This document shows positions 11,001 through 23,420 of a stretch of 60,000 nt of DNA, piece after piece (positions within the stretch are counted from its first letter, which is position 1; every line of letters starts with the position of its first letter). The notes below the pieces were generated by a model that was given only the letters and a program-made list of their open reading frames with translations, had not been told where the DNA came from and did not search any database. A program made the position numbers and the translations under genes. The DNA comes from Malacoraja senta (Eukaryota), in NCBI GenBank assembly GCA_038087875.1, contig CM075988.1, positions 13,022,001 to 13,082,000 on the forward strand, written 5' to 3'.

Positions 11001-12349
11001 TCTCCACTTTTCTGTTCACTAATTGGCTCCGTTAACTCTCCCCATGCTCCTCTTCTCCTCAAGGTACTTGCAGTTGGCTGGGACAGTTCCACAGACACTT
11101 GATACTTTCCATAACATCCCCCCTGGCCATTATTCTTGCGCATGGCTTGACAGTAACTGTCAGTATGCTATTCAACCGTGGAGAAGCATCACTACTGAGG
11201 CAGCACTTGTCGTCAGTCAATGTCTGCACATGCACGCTGTGGCTGTGATGAGGAATGAAATATCAATGCTGAAGTGGAATGAATGAGTTATTGCCTACGT
11301 CAGTGGCTATAGAACTTGCATCACATGGATCCTGTTCAACAGAAGGTTTATGTGATGGAACTGGTCCCTACATACACATATTTCTAAATGACTAATACTG
11401 CAAACTCCCAAATCAGGTGTATTGCAGCAGATGGTAAAATTTAAGTCATCTAAAGCCACACCTACAATCCCTGTTAATATTAGTACTGCACCTACTGACT
11501 TGTGGCAGAGAGGCATGCACTGCGGACGATCTCCACAGAGGCACAGATGTGGCATTGGCTGTGGCAGAACTTCATCTGTCACACGAGCGAACAAAAGTAT
11601 TGCACCAACACGTTGTATATCAAGAACATAATAATTGACTTGAATTGACGGGTGACTTTTCAGTCACTTACACTTGTGGGGATAGATTAAGGTATTTGCC
11701 TGAGGCATGAAGAGTTTGACAATGGGGCTTTTTCCAATTATTTAATCCTTGGGCTCCACCATTTCTTTGCCTCACATCCTTCTCATAATTACCCCACCCT
11801 AATCCACTATCCTTATTGTAAACAAAAGACGTCAACCTTTAAACTGAAGACACATACCCTAAAGCCATTTGTTTCAGTTCAAATTGCATAATTTCAGGTC
11901 AATTTATTTGTCTAGGCCTGAAAATGCTTTGTAACTTGCATGTTCCATAATTAAATACTGAATGCAGGAAGACTCCAGAGTGGGAGGAAAATGGATCACA
12001 ATCGCCTGGAGAAAATGTGTTCATTAAAGAAATACAATTACGAGAAATCTCCTTCCAGGTTCCACAGTGAAAAATCAGTGAGCAACAAAGAGTTCCCCTG
12101 TGGGGTTTTCTTAATGTAATAGAGGAAGTATTTTCCTACTGAATCAAACACTCTATTTCTTTTTGCAGTTGAAAGAGTTTTTTGCAGCAACAAACAAGAT
12201 TATTATGTGAAAGGTTGAGATGGTGACACACCTGCTTGAAAGTTTGGTTTTAACTTGTCATTTTAAACCTGATTGTTGTTTTAAACTTGCCTCAAAATAA
12301 TAAAACAGATGTTGATAAGGCTAGCCATTAACTTTCCCAAGAATGGTGG

Positions 12350-12535
12350 TGTATGTAGCCAGCACACACAACATGCACTTGTGCACACGCACACATACCC
12401 ATGCGCCAATACACACACATGTCCACATTCACACCTGCTCACACATGCCCACACACAGCACAAACCCATGCATGTGTGATACACGCTCACGCGTGGGCAT
12501 TCTCACGACACATACATGCACGCACAACACTCTTC
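12350..12535. repeat. Degenerate (CA)n/(CACG)n simple repeat
   Basis: Alternating purine-pyrimidine, CA-rich tract. Confidence 0.8.
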
Positions 12536-14239
12536 CACTGTAAATACAGATACATTAAACCCCCTCTAAATGCCACTCTGATCCCAATCACTGGCAGACA
12601 GGCCAGGAGGAGCTGAAGACCAGCACCACAGACACCACCTGGGTGTGGGGAAAATACAGGCTCCCCCTCCCCACTGGGCTTCCCTTTGTGGATTTGGCAA
12701 GACCGCCAGTGCCTCCTCACTTGCCCACACATGATGAGGGACTGTGCTCCCACATGGAGTGCAAGGACTGTGCAGCTGGGACAAGCCCGAGGCCATAGTC
12801 TTTCCTCACCAGACGATGAGGTACTGCGCTTCCACAAGGACCTGCACCTTCTCCTCCTTTACTGTAAGTAAACCTTTGCACATGAATTCACCCTACAAGT
12901 GTGTCAGTGTAGTTATTGTCCCCACACCACAGTATGGAGCTGGCTAGTTGATCACTCATGAAGAGGATGCTTTGACTTTTGGATGTGATTCTGGATGTCC
13001 CAGGGGAGAAGGTCTAAGTTGTGCTGCATTCAAAGGTGAAAATAAGCCAATCTGACCATCCCAGATCTCCTGTAGTTGCTGGTGTGGTGCAGCCTGGCCT
13101 TGTAACTCGCACCCATTTCTCTGACAGATTATGCGTGAATCCAGCAAAATGCTCTTAAATGAGGACTCCATTTTGATTGGTGACATCTTTGAACCTTTCT
13201 CTTTAACATCTCAGAAAATGTGGAAGGAACTATTGGTGTGAGTGAAATATTGATAAAATATCTTAGGAAGTCTCAAAAAATTTTGTTCGCACAAATGAGT
13301 GGTGAAAGCTAATCTGAGCATAGGTAGCTGGCTATTGTTAGGATGGCTTGTGAGTTTAAGATCTCGTCACTGTGGTAACTTCAATTGGCTCCAGTAGATT
13401 ATTTGTCAATGTTGGTTAGTGCTTTCCATATGGTTTGTCCATTTCTGGTGCAGGCCGTGGCTTCTTTATTAAGGTGATATCTTATCTGAAAAGTGATCCA
13501 AATCAGTACTGGAATTCAAGACCTGATGTTGGCGACTCAATATCACTTCAAGTACCTGGAAGAGATTTCGCCCAGAAGATTTCAAATCTTGAAATGCGAT
13601 ACTGCAGTGAAGTTAAGTCTGCATGTGACAGAGAATTAGTCAGGTCGAGCGAGATCTCTGAGTTGACTTTTATTGCCAAGTAAAGGCCTGGCAGTAAACA
13701 TCAATGAAAATAAGAGCTCTGAATGAGATGTCCTCGAAAACAAATGCAGGGTGAAATTTAGTTTAACATGAATTGAATGGAAGTAATGGAAAAGTCACCT
13801 AGAGGAATGCAACCTGCCGGAGAAGTTAAGTTGTGCTGCCCTTTATGATTAAATCCAGAGACAAATGAAAGTTACCATCAGGAGACCACAGGCATTGTAA
13901 GTAGAATACATTTTGATGTATAGTTTAATTTAAGGTGAAGGTGTTATTATTGCAATTGAATATTCTCCTTTTCCATAATGGTCCCCGAAGAAGATGTAGG
14001 AGAGAAAAATAAATTAATCTACTCCATTTGTGAAATGGGACCTGCACAGTTTGAAACATTTGGTTCATGTCTTCTGAAAGTATATTTTTAATGTGTGCAA
14101 GGTAACTCTTATCCAGGGGGGAATTGCAGCCAGAGATCAAATGATAAGACATGAAAACCGACAAAGTTTCTTGAAGAGACTACTTACAGAACAAATCAGA
14201 AACTTTTTTTAGCATAGGCATCTCACATTTTCAATAACC

Positions 14240-14500
14240 CAGGTTCACTCCTGACCTTGAGTGTTGTCCGTGAAGTTTACACATTCTCCGTGTGATCCTA
14301 CAAGTTTCTGCTGGGTGCCCAAGTAGCAAAGGCATGCAGGTTGGTAGGTTATTGTAAATTAGCCGTGGTGTAATGGGTGACAGGAAAATCATTGGGGAGG
14401 TTTGATGAGGTTGTGAGAGGAAAATAAAGAGGATAAGTGTTGATGGGTGCTTGATGGTCGGCACAGATACAATGGGCTGAACTATGTGGTCCTGCAATAT
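14240..14500 (+). mobile_element. Old degenerate SINE
   Basis: Diverged B box and body (gtgaagtttacacattctccgtgtgacc...) related to the younger SINE copies. Confidence 0.6.
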
Positions 14501-15504
14501 ATTACTGTTAGTCTGTGACTCTGTTTATTTGATATTTGTTGAAAAATGGGTCAGAATTACAAATGAACCAATGGCAAGTTTTTTTAAATTTAGTTGGCCC
14601 CAACAAACTTTTTGAAATCAAAAGAGCTGAGAATTTAAATAAATTAAGGGATATAAAACAAATTAGAAATCTGAAATAAAATGGAAAATGCTGGATGTTA
14701 TTAGTAGGTAATTAACATGTATGGAGAGAGAAAGATCATTTGTTCCGATGAAGATATTTTACCCGCTATATGTTCTCTTTTTGTCATTCCAGAGAGGATG
14801 CCTGACCTGAAAAATATTTAATGTATTTTCTTCTTCTATTATAAAAACCATGTGAGTTTTCACAAGCTAATCTAATGGTAACAAGTCTTAAAATGAGTTT
14901 TCAGTTATGAGTCAGGCATGCAGAAAATTATTATTGTTCTGGTTATCTTTGAGTCCTCCTTGCAGTGCTAACCATGTGATTGTGAAGAATTCAAAATGAA
15001 TGCTTTCGACAAAAATATTTGCCCTTTGCTGATCTCCAAATGAGCTGCATGGCGGTGCAGCAGTTAGTGCTGCTGTCTGACAGCTCCTGGCTTAGATTCT
15101 GGTCTGGAGTTTCTCAGTGACCATGTGGGGTGCTGCTTATTGTTCTAGTCCCCCCCCACTTCTTGAAGGCAGTTCTCATATTCACATCCAAAATGCTGAT
15201 TTGGCCCATTGTGTTTATTCTGGCAATTCCATTCCTTCACTTGTTTCCTTGTAACCTCTTTTCTCACATATCCATCAAACTGTCCCTCACTATCCAGTTC
15301 TCCTGCAATTCACCTACACAGGGATAATTTGCACTGGCCAATTACCTACTATCGAGCAAATGTTTGGGACCGTGAGACAGCTGCAGTGCCTACTGTGCTA
15401 CCCATGTTCATTGGACTCTGTAACCCTTTTCTTAATGTTCGAAGTGGCAAAGGGAAGTTGCTGGGCATTGAAGGTTTACATTCTTCTTAATTTCCAATCA
15501 GCTA

Positions 15505-17170
15505 ATTGAGAAAGATTTAATAGGAATCTGGGGGCCAACTTTTTCACACAGTGGAGTGAGTATATGGAACTAACTGCCAGAGGAAACAGTTAAGGCAGGT
15601 ACAATAACAACATTTATGACAACAACAATGGGCAAATTAATGGAAAGGATACTTAGAGATAATATATATAAGCATCTGGATAAGCAGGGTCTGATTAGGA
15701 ACAGTCAACATGGATTTGTGCCTGGAAGGTCATGTTTGACTAATCTTCTAGAATTTTTCGAAGAGGTTACTATGGAAATTGATGAGGGTAAAGCAGTGGA
15801 TGTTGTCTATATGGACTTCAGTAAGGCCTTTGACATGGTTCCTCATGGAAGGTTGGTTAACAAGATTCAATTGTTGGGTATTAATGGTGGAGTAGCAAGA
15901 TGGATTCAACAGTGGCTGAATGGGAGTTGCCAGAGAGTAATGGTGGATGGCTGTTTGTCAGGTTGGAGGCCGGTGACTAGTGGGGTGCCTCAGGGGTCTG
16001 TGTTGGGTCCACTGTTGTTTGTCATGTACATCAATGATCTGGATGATGGTATTTTAAATTGGATTAGTAAGTATGCAGATGATACTAAGATAGGTGGTGT
16101 TGTGGATAATGAAGTAGATTTTCAAAGTCTACAGAGAGATTTAGGCCATTTGGAAGAGTGGGCTGAAAGATGGCAGACGGAGTTTAATGCTGATAAATGT
16201 GAGGTGCTACATCTCGGCAGGACAAATCAAAATAGGACGTACATGGTAAATGGTAGCGAATTGAGGAATGCAGTTGAACAGAGGGATCTAGGAATAACTG
16301 TGCATAGTTCCCTGAAGGTGGAATCTCATGTAGATAGGGTAGTAAAGAAAGCTTTTGGTGTGCTGGCCTTTATAAATCAGAGCATTGAATATAGAAGTTG
16401 GGATGTAATGTTAAAATTGTACAAGGCATTGGTGAGGCCAATTCTGGGGTATGGAGTACAATTTTGGTCGCCTAATTATAGGAAGGATGTCAACAAAATA
16501 GAGAGAGTACAGAGGAGATTTACTAGAATGTTGCCTGGGTTTCAGCAACTAAGTTACAGAGAAAGGTTGAACAAGTTAGGTCTTTATTCTTTGGAGCGCA
16601 GAAGGTTAAGGGGGGACTTGATAGAAGTCTTTAAAATGATGAGCGGGTTAGACAGAGTTGACGTGGATAAGCTTTTCCCATTGATAGTAGGGAAGATTCA
16701 AACAAGGGGACATGACTTGAGAATTAAGGGACAGAAGTTCAGGGGTAACACTAGGGGGACCTTCTTTACTCAGAGAGTGGTAGCTGTGTGGAATGAGCTT
16801 CCAGTGGAAGTGGTGGAGGCAGGTTCGATTTTATCCTTTAAAAATAGATTGGATGGGCATATGGACGGGAAAGGAATGGAGGGATATGGTCTGAGTGCAG
16901 GTAGATGGGACTAGGGGGAAGGAATAAGGAAAAGAGGAAAAAAAACTGTTCGGCACGGACTTGAAGGGCCGACATGGCCTGTTTCCGTGCTGTAATGGTT
17001 ATATGGTTATATGGTTATATGGTTATTTAAAATACATTTATAATTACAAGGATAGGAGTAGTTTTGAGGGATGTGGGGTAAACAAGAGACTAGCTTAGAT
17101 GAGGCATCTTGGTTAGCATGGACAAGTTGAGGCAAATGGACTGTTTCCATTCTGTATGACTCCATGACTA
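15505..17170 (+). mobile_element. Old CR1 3' fragment split by the young CR1 insertion (parts about 15505-15616 and 17025-17170)
   Basis: The CR1 3'-end sequence (...gcaggtacaataacaacattta | atttaaaatacattta...gagggatgtggg) resumes after the inserted element. Confidence 0.7.
15617..17024 (+). mobile_element. Young 5'-truncated CR1 LINE with an uninterrupted RT/C-terminal ORF2 frame (15616-16914)
   Basis: 432-aa frame with QHGF..GRSCLTNL, YMDFSKAFD, GVPQGSVLGP and YADD motifs. Short 3' UTR with (ATATGGTT)n tail. ATTTA repeated at 15612-15616 and 17025-17029. Confidence 0.95.
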
Positions 17171-17789
17171 TCCAGGAATGGGGCAGATTGCTCTGCTGTG
17201 AGCTGTTTATGATCTTTTGGGTCAAAAGGTCTCATTTTTTGTCATAATAAAGAAGATAATAAAAATTCTAATCAGGGGATTTTGTGTTGTCAAAATTATG
17301 AAAGATTGTCTTTGTTGCTTAAGGATAATGTGTTTACTTTGGGGAAGCAAAACAGCATAATTTTTTCAATAATCAATTATTTTCTGTCTCTTTCAAATTA
17401 CTCACAAAGGTTAATAATGAATTATCTGACAAAGGTTCAGGCACAATCAATAATTCAATACAGATGGAGACAAACCAGAGAGAGATTTCAGGGTAAGAAG
17501 AATGGTGAAACTATTACTACTATAAAGAAAGTTTAAATTAAAACGTATGCAAAATATTAAAAGAAAAATTGCAGAGAAATGTGCTATCCATTAAGGAAGA
17601 AACTTTATAGGAATAATTAGATGTGGGGGAACTGCGGATGCTGAAATCTGGAGCAAGAAACAAACTGCCGGAGGAAATCAAAGCCTCGTGCCGCATCTGT
17701 AAGGGAAATGGACATTTATTTTTCTGTCTATTTCCCTCCACAGACGCTGCCTGTTCTGCTGAGTTTTTTTACAGCTATATATTTTTTGC

Positions 17790-18180
17790 TCCAAATAATA
17801 TGACATGGATGGACTGGAGAATCTGGGGTTGTTCTTTCTGAAATGGAGGAGGTCAAGAGGGGGGTCTGATCGGGGTATTTAAAATTGTGAATGGCCTGGA
17901 CAGAATAGATAGAAGGGAATCTGTTCTCTTTGCTGAAGGGGCCAAGAAACGGAGGACAAAGAATGAAATTGATTGGCAAAAAAAAGGGACTTGAGAAATT
18001 ATGATTTTATGCATAGGAATCCGGAATGCATTGCAAAGTTAGTAACAGATAGTGTTTCAACGATGCTATTGAAAGAAGATGGAGAAACACTTGAAAGGAA
18101 AGAATCTTGAGGGCTCGGGTGAGAAGGCAGGGTAGTGGGAGCAGCTGGGTTGCTTTTACATATGGATATGATGGACAATA
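17790..18180 (+). mobile_element. Old CR1 3' fragment
   Basis: Degenerate LGLFSL..RR.RGDL..VFKI.NGLDR.D segment. Confidence 0.65.
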
Positions 18181-20199
18181 GGATATGGATTCAATCAGTT
18201 GCAAGTGCAGCACTTAACTTCAGGAAAGTGTCAGAACAAGCACCACAGCCCCATGTAATCACGTAGATGGAATTGACACATGGCTCTTGTGCGGTAACTC
18301 TGGAGATTTTCTCATATTAAGCCCTTTGTGTGTGCAACTTGTTATTCTTACCTATGATTGGAATGCTAATCTTCCATTTGCAGAGCCTCGGTGAGCTCAA
18401 AGCCAAAAGTAATGCACGGATAACACACAAAGGTTGGTGAGATGGGGAGGAAAGCAAGTTTCCAGGCGAATTGTAAATGAAAATATCGCCAACAGAATTA
18501 TTTCTCCCTCCAGCATTACAGAAAAAAAATCAACCCAGATAATAACAATATTAATCCCAATTAACAACTTTTAAACTCTGATGCTCAACATTGTAAGGAA
18601 GATACTGAAATTTCAATAAAGCAAAACCAAGAAAGCATGTGTGATTTTTAGAGCAGAATCCAATTATACTTTTGTGCCTGAGAAAATATGTGATGAGTTT
18701 TTTTAAAAAAGGAAATGTTAACTGCTTTCTTTGAATTGCACGAATCATTTAAAAGGGAAATAATGAGCATTAATGGACGAGTTGACTTTTGCAGAAATTG
18801 TTCGAAATAAATCTTTTTTTAATTTTAATGTTGCACTAATAATCCACCATCAAACATCAAGCAGGAGATACAAAAGGTGACACTGAGAATTAAAACAAAT
18901 TCTCAGTATGGACAAATAGATTCACAACTTTTTTACAATAATGATTTAAGTCAGTGTTAAAGGAAAACAGTTGTCAGCTGCCAGTGACAAATGGCACTGC
19001 AGTAAGCACACTGCAGAACACAGATGCTGTGATCTGTGGCACATCAATTTGACATTATCATTCTCTAAATAAACTCAAATAAAATCGCATGATAGGGAAA
19101 CTAAAAAAAATAACAAACCAAGAATAGGGAAACCTAAATTACTTTGGTTGATTAAAATTGACCTGGTATGTGAATGATGAAACTCAGACCAAGGCTGATT
19201 TCCACCCTTGAAATATAGTCTTAACCTAAACAAAATTTTCAGGGCAATTAGTTCTCTTTTAAAAGGATTTAGAAATGATTAGGAACAATTAGCATTTGTG
19301 TTCAGCTCCTAGATGACATTTGATTATCTGGAAAAATATCAATATTGGCAGCTTTGATTAAAAATAACGTGCTCTTTGAAGAATGTTGACGTTTCTGGGT
19401 CTTGCCTACAGACGTCTGTTCTTATCTCGCGGTACCTTTTGCTCCAAGCCCAATGCCTCCTCTTGAGAGGAGAATCTGAAAGGTTATCCCTTGGAGTAAG
19501 GACTACTGCAAGCACATCGAACTTCAATATGACAGACTTAAAGCTAATTCTTGAAAGGCTGCCTTGGATGGATGGTTGAGACATGAATGGCATGGAAAAC
19601 TAAACGTCTGAAGAAGAGTTCTGAGCCAATACATTCCCTGCACAGATGCTGCTTGGACTGTCGTGTACCTCCAATTGTTTGTTTTTTGTTCAGTAAGGCA
19701 CATCTGGGTTAGCGTACTAATCTTCTTGAACTGCTGCAGCGCTAACATGACGTTAGTCAAATAAGGTACTGCATAATTTTAGCCCAGAAGCAACAAGGAA
19801 TCTCGGATATGTGTAACTCGGAAGATGTGTTTCCTGGAGATAAACTTGTTTGTAGGGAAGGACCATGGTTTTGTTGTCCTGTCCTTGCATGTGGTAGAAC
19901 TCAACGTTTTTAAGAACTTGATGCAGCTAAAGAAACGTTGGATAGTCATTATAATACAGTACATTTTGTAGATTAACCACATTTCAACACCAGCGATGGA
20001 TGGTGTCCCAGTAAGATGTTTGCTCAATGCTGTATGATATGAAGATTTAAATATCAATCAATCAGAATAGTGGTCCTGACTTGTTCTTGACTTGTGCTCT
20101 CTTTGTGGAAAGCTTTCAGAAGTCAAGAGATGAAAGGTGTCTGTACTTGCGACTATAGTGATTCTGTATTTCATCAAGCTAAGTGTCTGCGTTAATAGA

Positions 20200-20510
20200 C
20201 CCTAAGACATGGGAGGAGAATCAGGCCCTTCAAAGTCTGCGCCACCATTCAATCATGGCTGATCTATATTTCCCTTATGACCCCATTCTCCAGCCTTCTC
20301 CCCATAACCTTCGATGCTCTTTCTAATCAAGAACCTATCAATCTCTGCTTTAAAAATACCTATTGACTTGGTCTACACTGTCATCTGTGGCAATGAATTC
20401 CACAGATTCACCACACTCTGGCTGAAGAAATTCCTCCTCATCTCCATTCTAAAGGTATGTTCTTCGGAGGTTGTGCCCTCTGGTGCTAGACTAGAAACAT
20501 CCTCTCCATA
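20200..20510 (-). mobile_element. CR1 LINE 3' fragment
   Basis: Translation FRMEMRRNFFSQSVVNLWNSLPQ. Confidence 0.8.
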
Positions 20511-20900
20511 TCTTGTAATGCCCAGGGTGTAGATGATGGGGAACTGGGCATTGGTAATGCCTTTGAATGTTGATGGGCAGTGGCTAGACAATCACTTATT
20601 AGTGCCAATCAGATGCAAATGTTATTTGCCATTTAACAGCCCAAGCCTGAATATTGTTGAGATCTTACCTTATTCAGATGGAAGTCATTTCATTCTCGCA
20701 GGCATGTTGATGACACTCATCTCCTTACTGGGCTAATGGTGATAAATCCGCCACTTAATGCACAAACCAAAAGATTTCTTTCCATTGACTCCTCCCTTGA
20801 TGTGTTGGATTCTGATAATTATGACCAAAGGCCACGTGGCAAATTGTTAAATTGTGTGCAGCTTAGCAAATGTCCATCTTTTGCATGTATTGGAAAGTAA

Positions 20901-21203
20901 GGGTGGCGTGGTGGCGCAGCGGTAGAGCTGCTGCCTCACAGGGCCAGAGACCCGGGTTCAATCCTGACTACTGATGCTGTCTGTACAGAGTTTGTATGTT
21001 TTCCCCACGACCTGCGTGGGTTTTCTCGGGGATCTCTGGTTTCTTCCGACATTCCAAAGATTTGTACAGGTTTGAGGGTTAATTGGCTTTGGTAAAATAG
21101 TAAAATGTCCCTAGTGTTGGTAGGATAGTGTAAGTGTGCGGGGATCGCTGGTTGATGCCAAAGGGATTGTTTCCATACTGTATCTCTAAACTAAACTAAA
21201 CTA
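20901..21203 (+). mobile_element. tRNA-derived SINE (HE1/V-SINE-like)
   Basis: A box tggcgcagcgg, B box ggttcaatcc, (TAAAC)n tail. Confidence 0.85.
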
Positions 21204-21286
21204 ATGCCAAACCAGTTGGATAGTCAAAACGTGGGTTGAGCATATTGATTGAGCGTACTACTATTATATATTTTTGCTGAAAGTAA

Positions 21287-21500
21287 TGGGCTTGTCCCAC
21301 TTACGCAATTTTTTCGGTGACTGCCGGCACCCTTCTTGGTCGCAGCAAGTCGCCGAAAATGTTCAACATGTTGAAAATCCAGCGGCGACCAGAAAAAGGA
21401 ACGACTCTTTGGGCGACTACTCACGACCATACAGGCGTCATCCCGTGGTTTGACGGGTGCCGGCAGTCACCGAAACAATTGCGTAAGTGGGACAGGCCCA
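21287..21500. mobile_element. MITE / non-autonomous DNA transposon (PIF/Harbinger-like termini)
   Basis: About 46-bp terminal inverted repeats, TGGGC(T/C)TGTCCCACTTACGCAATT...GCCGGCACCC, flanked by TAA and TTA. No coding capacity. Confidence 0.8.
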
Positions 21501-22532
21501 TTAGAGTTTCAGTCTAGGAGCATTCCATTCCTATTGTTACAGCCCAGACCAGAGCTAGGAGGCAGGAATTCAGGGGAATGGCTTGTTCCCCCAGTTGCTA
21601 TTGGTAGTAAGAATGTGGCAGGAACCCCCCATAAAAACATATATTTGATTTAATTTCATGGCCATGGTACAGGACCTGACCTATTCTTTGAATGGATTTT
21701 TTCCATTGTTCATTTGAAAAACTTATTTTTTAAATCTTTTGCCATATTACATAGACCTCAGAAGTTGAGGTTGCTTCTGAGCCTGTCTAGAAGGAAAATC
21801 CAGGCATAACATCAAAGCTAATAAAAAAATATATAATGTCATATAGATCTTGGAGCACTTCTAGTTAACTGAAGTAATGACTGGCTGAGACAGCAGCTCT
21901 TTCAGAAAGTAATGATGCATGTAAGTATAATGGTTACTTTGAGAAACTATGCAGGGCTAAATCTTTAAATCCTATTATCATCAAAGCAAGGTTTAGTTGA
22001 GGAATGTGATACTCATTACACTTATGGACTGTTCAAGATTTAATTGTAGATGATCACACATTTGTTTTTATGTTTCCCTTCCTTTCATTACCATTGTTGA
22101 TGAAAAACCATATGCAGTTAACAAGAATTGTGGCAACATATCATCAGGGTATAGTTTTATTTATTTGTAAATGTTTTGAATATCAAGATTGTATTAACCC
22201 TGAACCGCACGCCAACATTATTTTATGCGGTATATCAAAATTCTATTAGTTTAGCTGACGAAAGATAGCTATCGTTATCACTTATTTGATTGCAGCCATG
22301 CAACATAATGATGTGAATTAAAATAAAGTAAACAAACTTCAGTTATATCATGTGATAAGAATGGCTGTCAGCAAAGTAATATTCTTGCTTATACATAACT
22401 AGGAAATGAGGCAGCCTCTACATAAAAATTACATTGGGTGACATCTCATATATAATGCTGAAACAAGTCATTAGGGAAGAGATGATTCATACCAGACTTT
22501 ATACCTCACCTGCTGTTTGCCTCCACTGATAA

Positions 22533-22850
22533 TGGCACAGTGTATGGAGCTGCTGCCTCACTGTGCCAGATACCTGATCTTGGGTACTGTCTGTGAGGAG
22601 TTTGCATGCTCTCGCTGTGTTTCCATGGGTTTCCTGAAGATATATGCCAGTTTCCTCCAATGTCAAAATGGTGTGTAGATTGACTGGCTAATTGGCCTCT
22701 GTAAACTGCCCAGAAAGTATAGGTGAGTGAAGGAATCTGGGAAATGTTGGCGAGAATGTGAGGAAGAATTAAAAGTAGGATGAATGTAGAATTAGAGTCA
22801 ATGGATGTTTGGCCTGAACTGAAGGGCCTGTTTCCATGCTATATCACTCT
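22533..22850 (+). mobile_element. Old tRNA-derived SINE
   Basis: Diverged head (tggcacagtg...gctgctgcctca), body and gaagggcctgtttccatgct tail. Confidence 0.7.
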
Positions 22851-22984
22851 GTGCCTGCATCACTCTGCACATTAAGGAGAAGCATTCAAATTCTGAAGCA
22901 ACTTCTGAATTTCTCTTAGATTTATTGTTGACAATACTTTATTAATAACTTCTTAGCAGACACATGATCAATTTTCTCTTTTTT

Positions 22985-23420
22985 TCATAGAACGTAGAAC
23001 AGTACAGCACGAGCAGGCCCTTCGGCGACAATGTCTATGCTGTACATGATGCCTAAACCTTCACTTATCTATCTGCTTATAACCCATATCCATTCATTCC
23101 CTGCATATCCATGTGCCTTTCCAAAATCCTTTTAAATACCACTAATGTATCTGCTTCAGCTACCACCACTGGCAATGCATTCCAAGCACTCTCCACCCTC
23201 TGTGTAACAAATAATCCGGTCCACACTCCTTTAAATTTTCCCCCTCTCACCTTAAAGCTATGCCCTCTAGGATTTGATTTTTCCATTTTTGGAAAAAGAT
23301 TCTGACTGCCTACCTTATCTATGCCTTATAATTTGATATACTTTATCAGGTCTTCTACAAACCGCCGGCATTCCAGAGAAAACAATTCAAGTCCGTTCAA
23401 CCTCTCCCTGCAGCTAACCG
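22985..23420 (-). mobile_element. CR1 LINE 3' fragment
   Basis: Translation RGHSFKVRGGKFKG...FVTQRVESAWNALP.VVAEADT. Confidence 0.85.

Noticed and set aside
12281..12616. His/Thr- or Cys/Val-rich ORFs
   Set aside because: Translation artefacts of a degenerate CA repeat.
12600..13200. Possible decayed Harbinger-type transposase or a coding exon (donor-like GTAAGT near 12864)
   Set aside because: GC-richer than the flanks, but I could not recover any diagnostic motif.
19376..19579. Possible terminal coding exon (...NMTDLKLILERLPWMDG*)
   Set aside because: Weak acceptor, no recognisable homology and no linked upstream exons.
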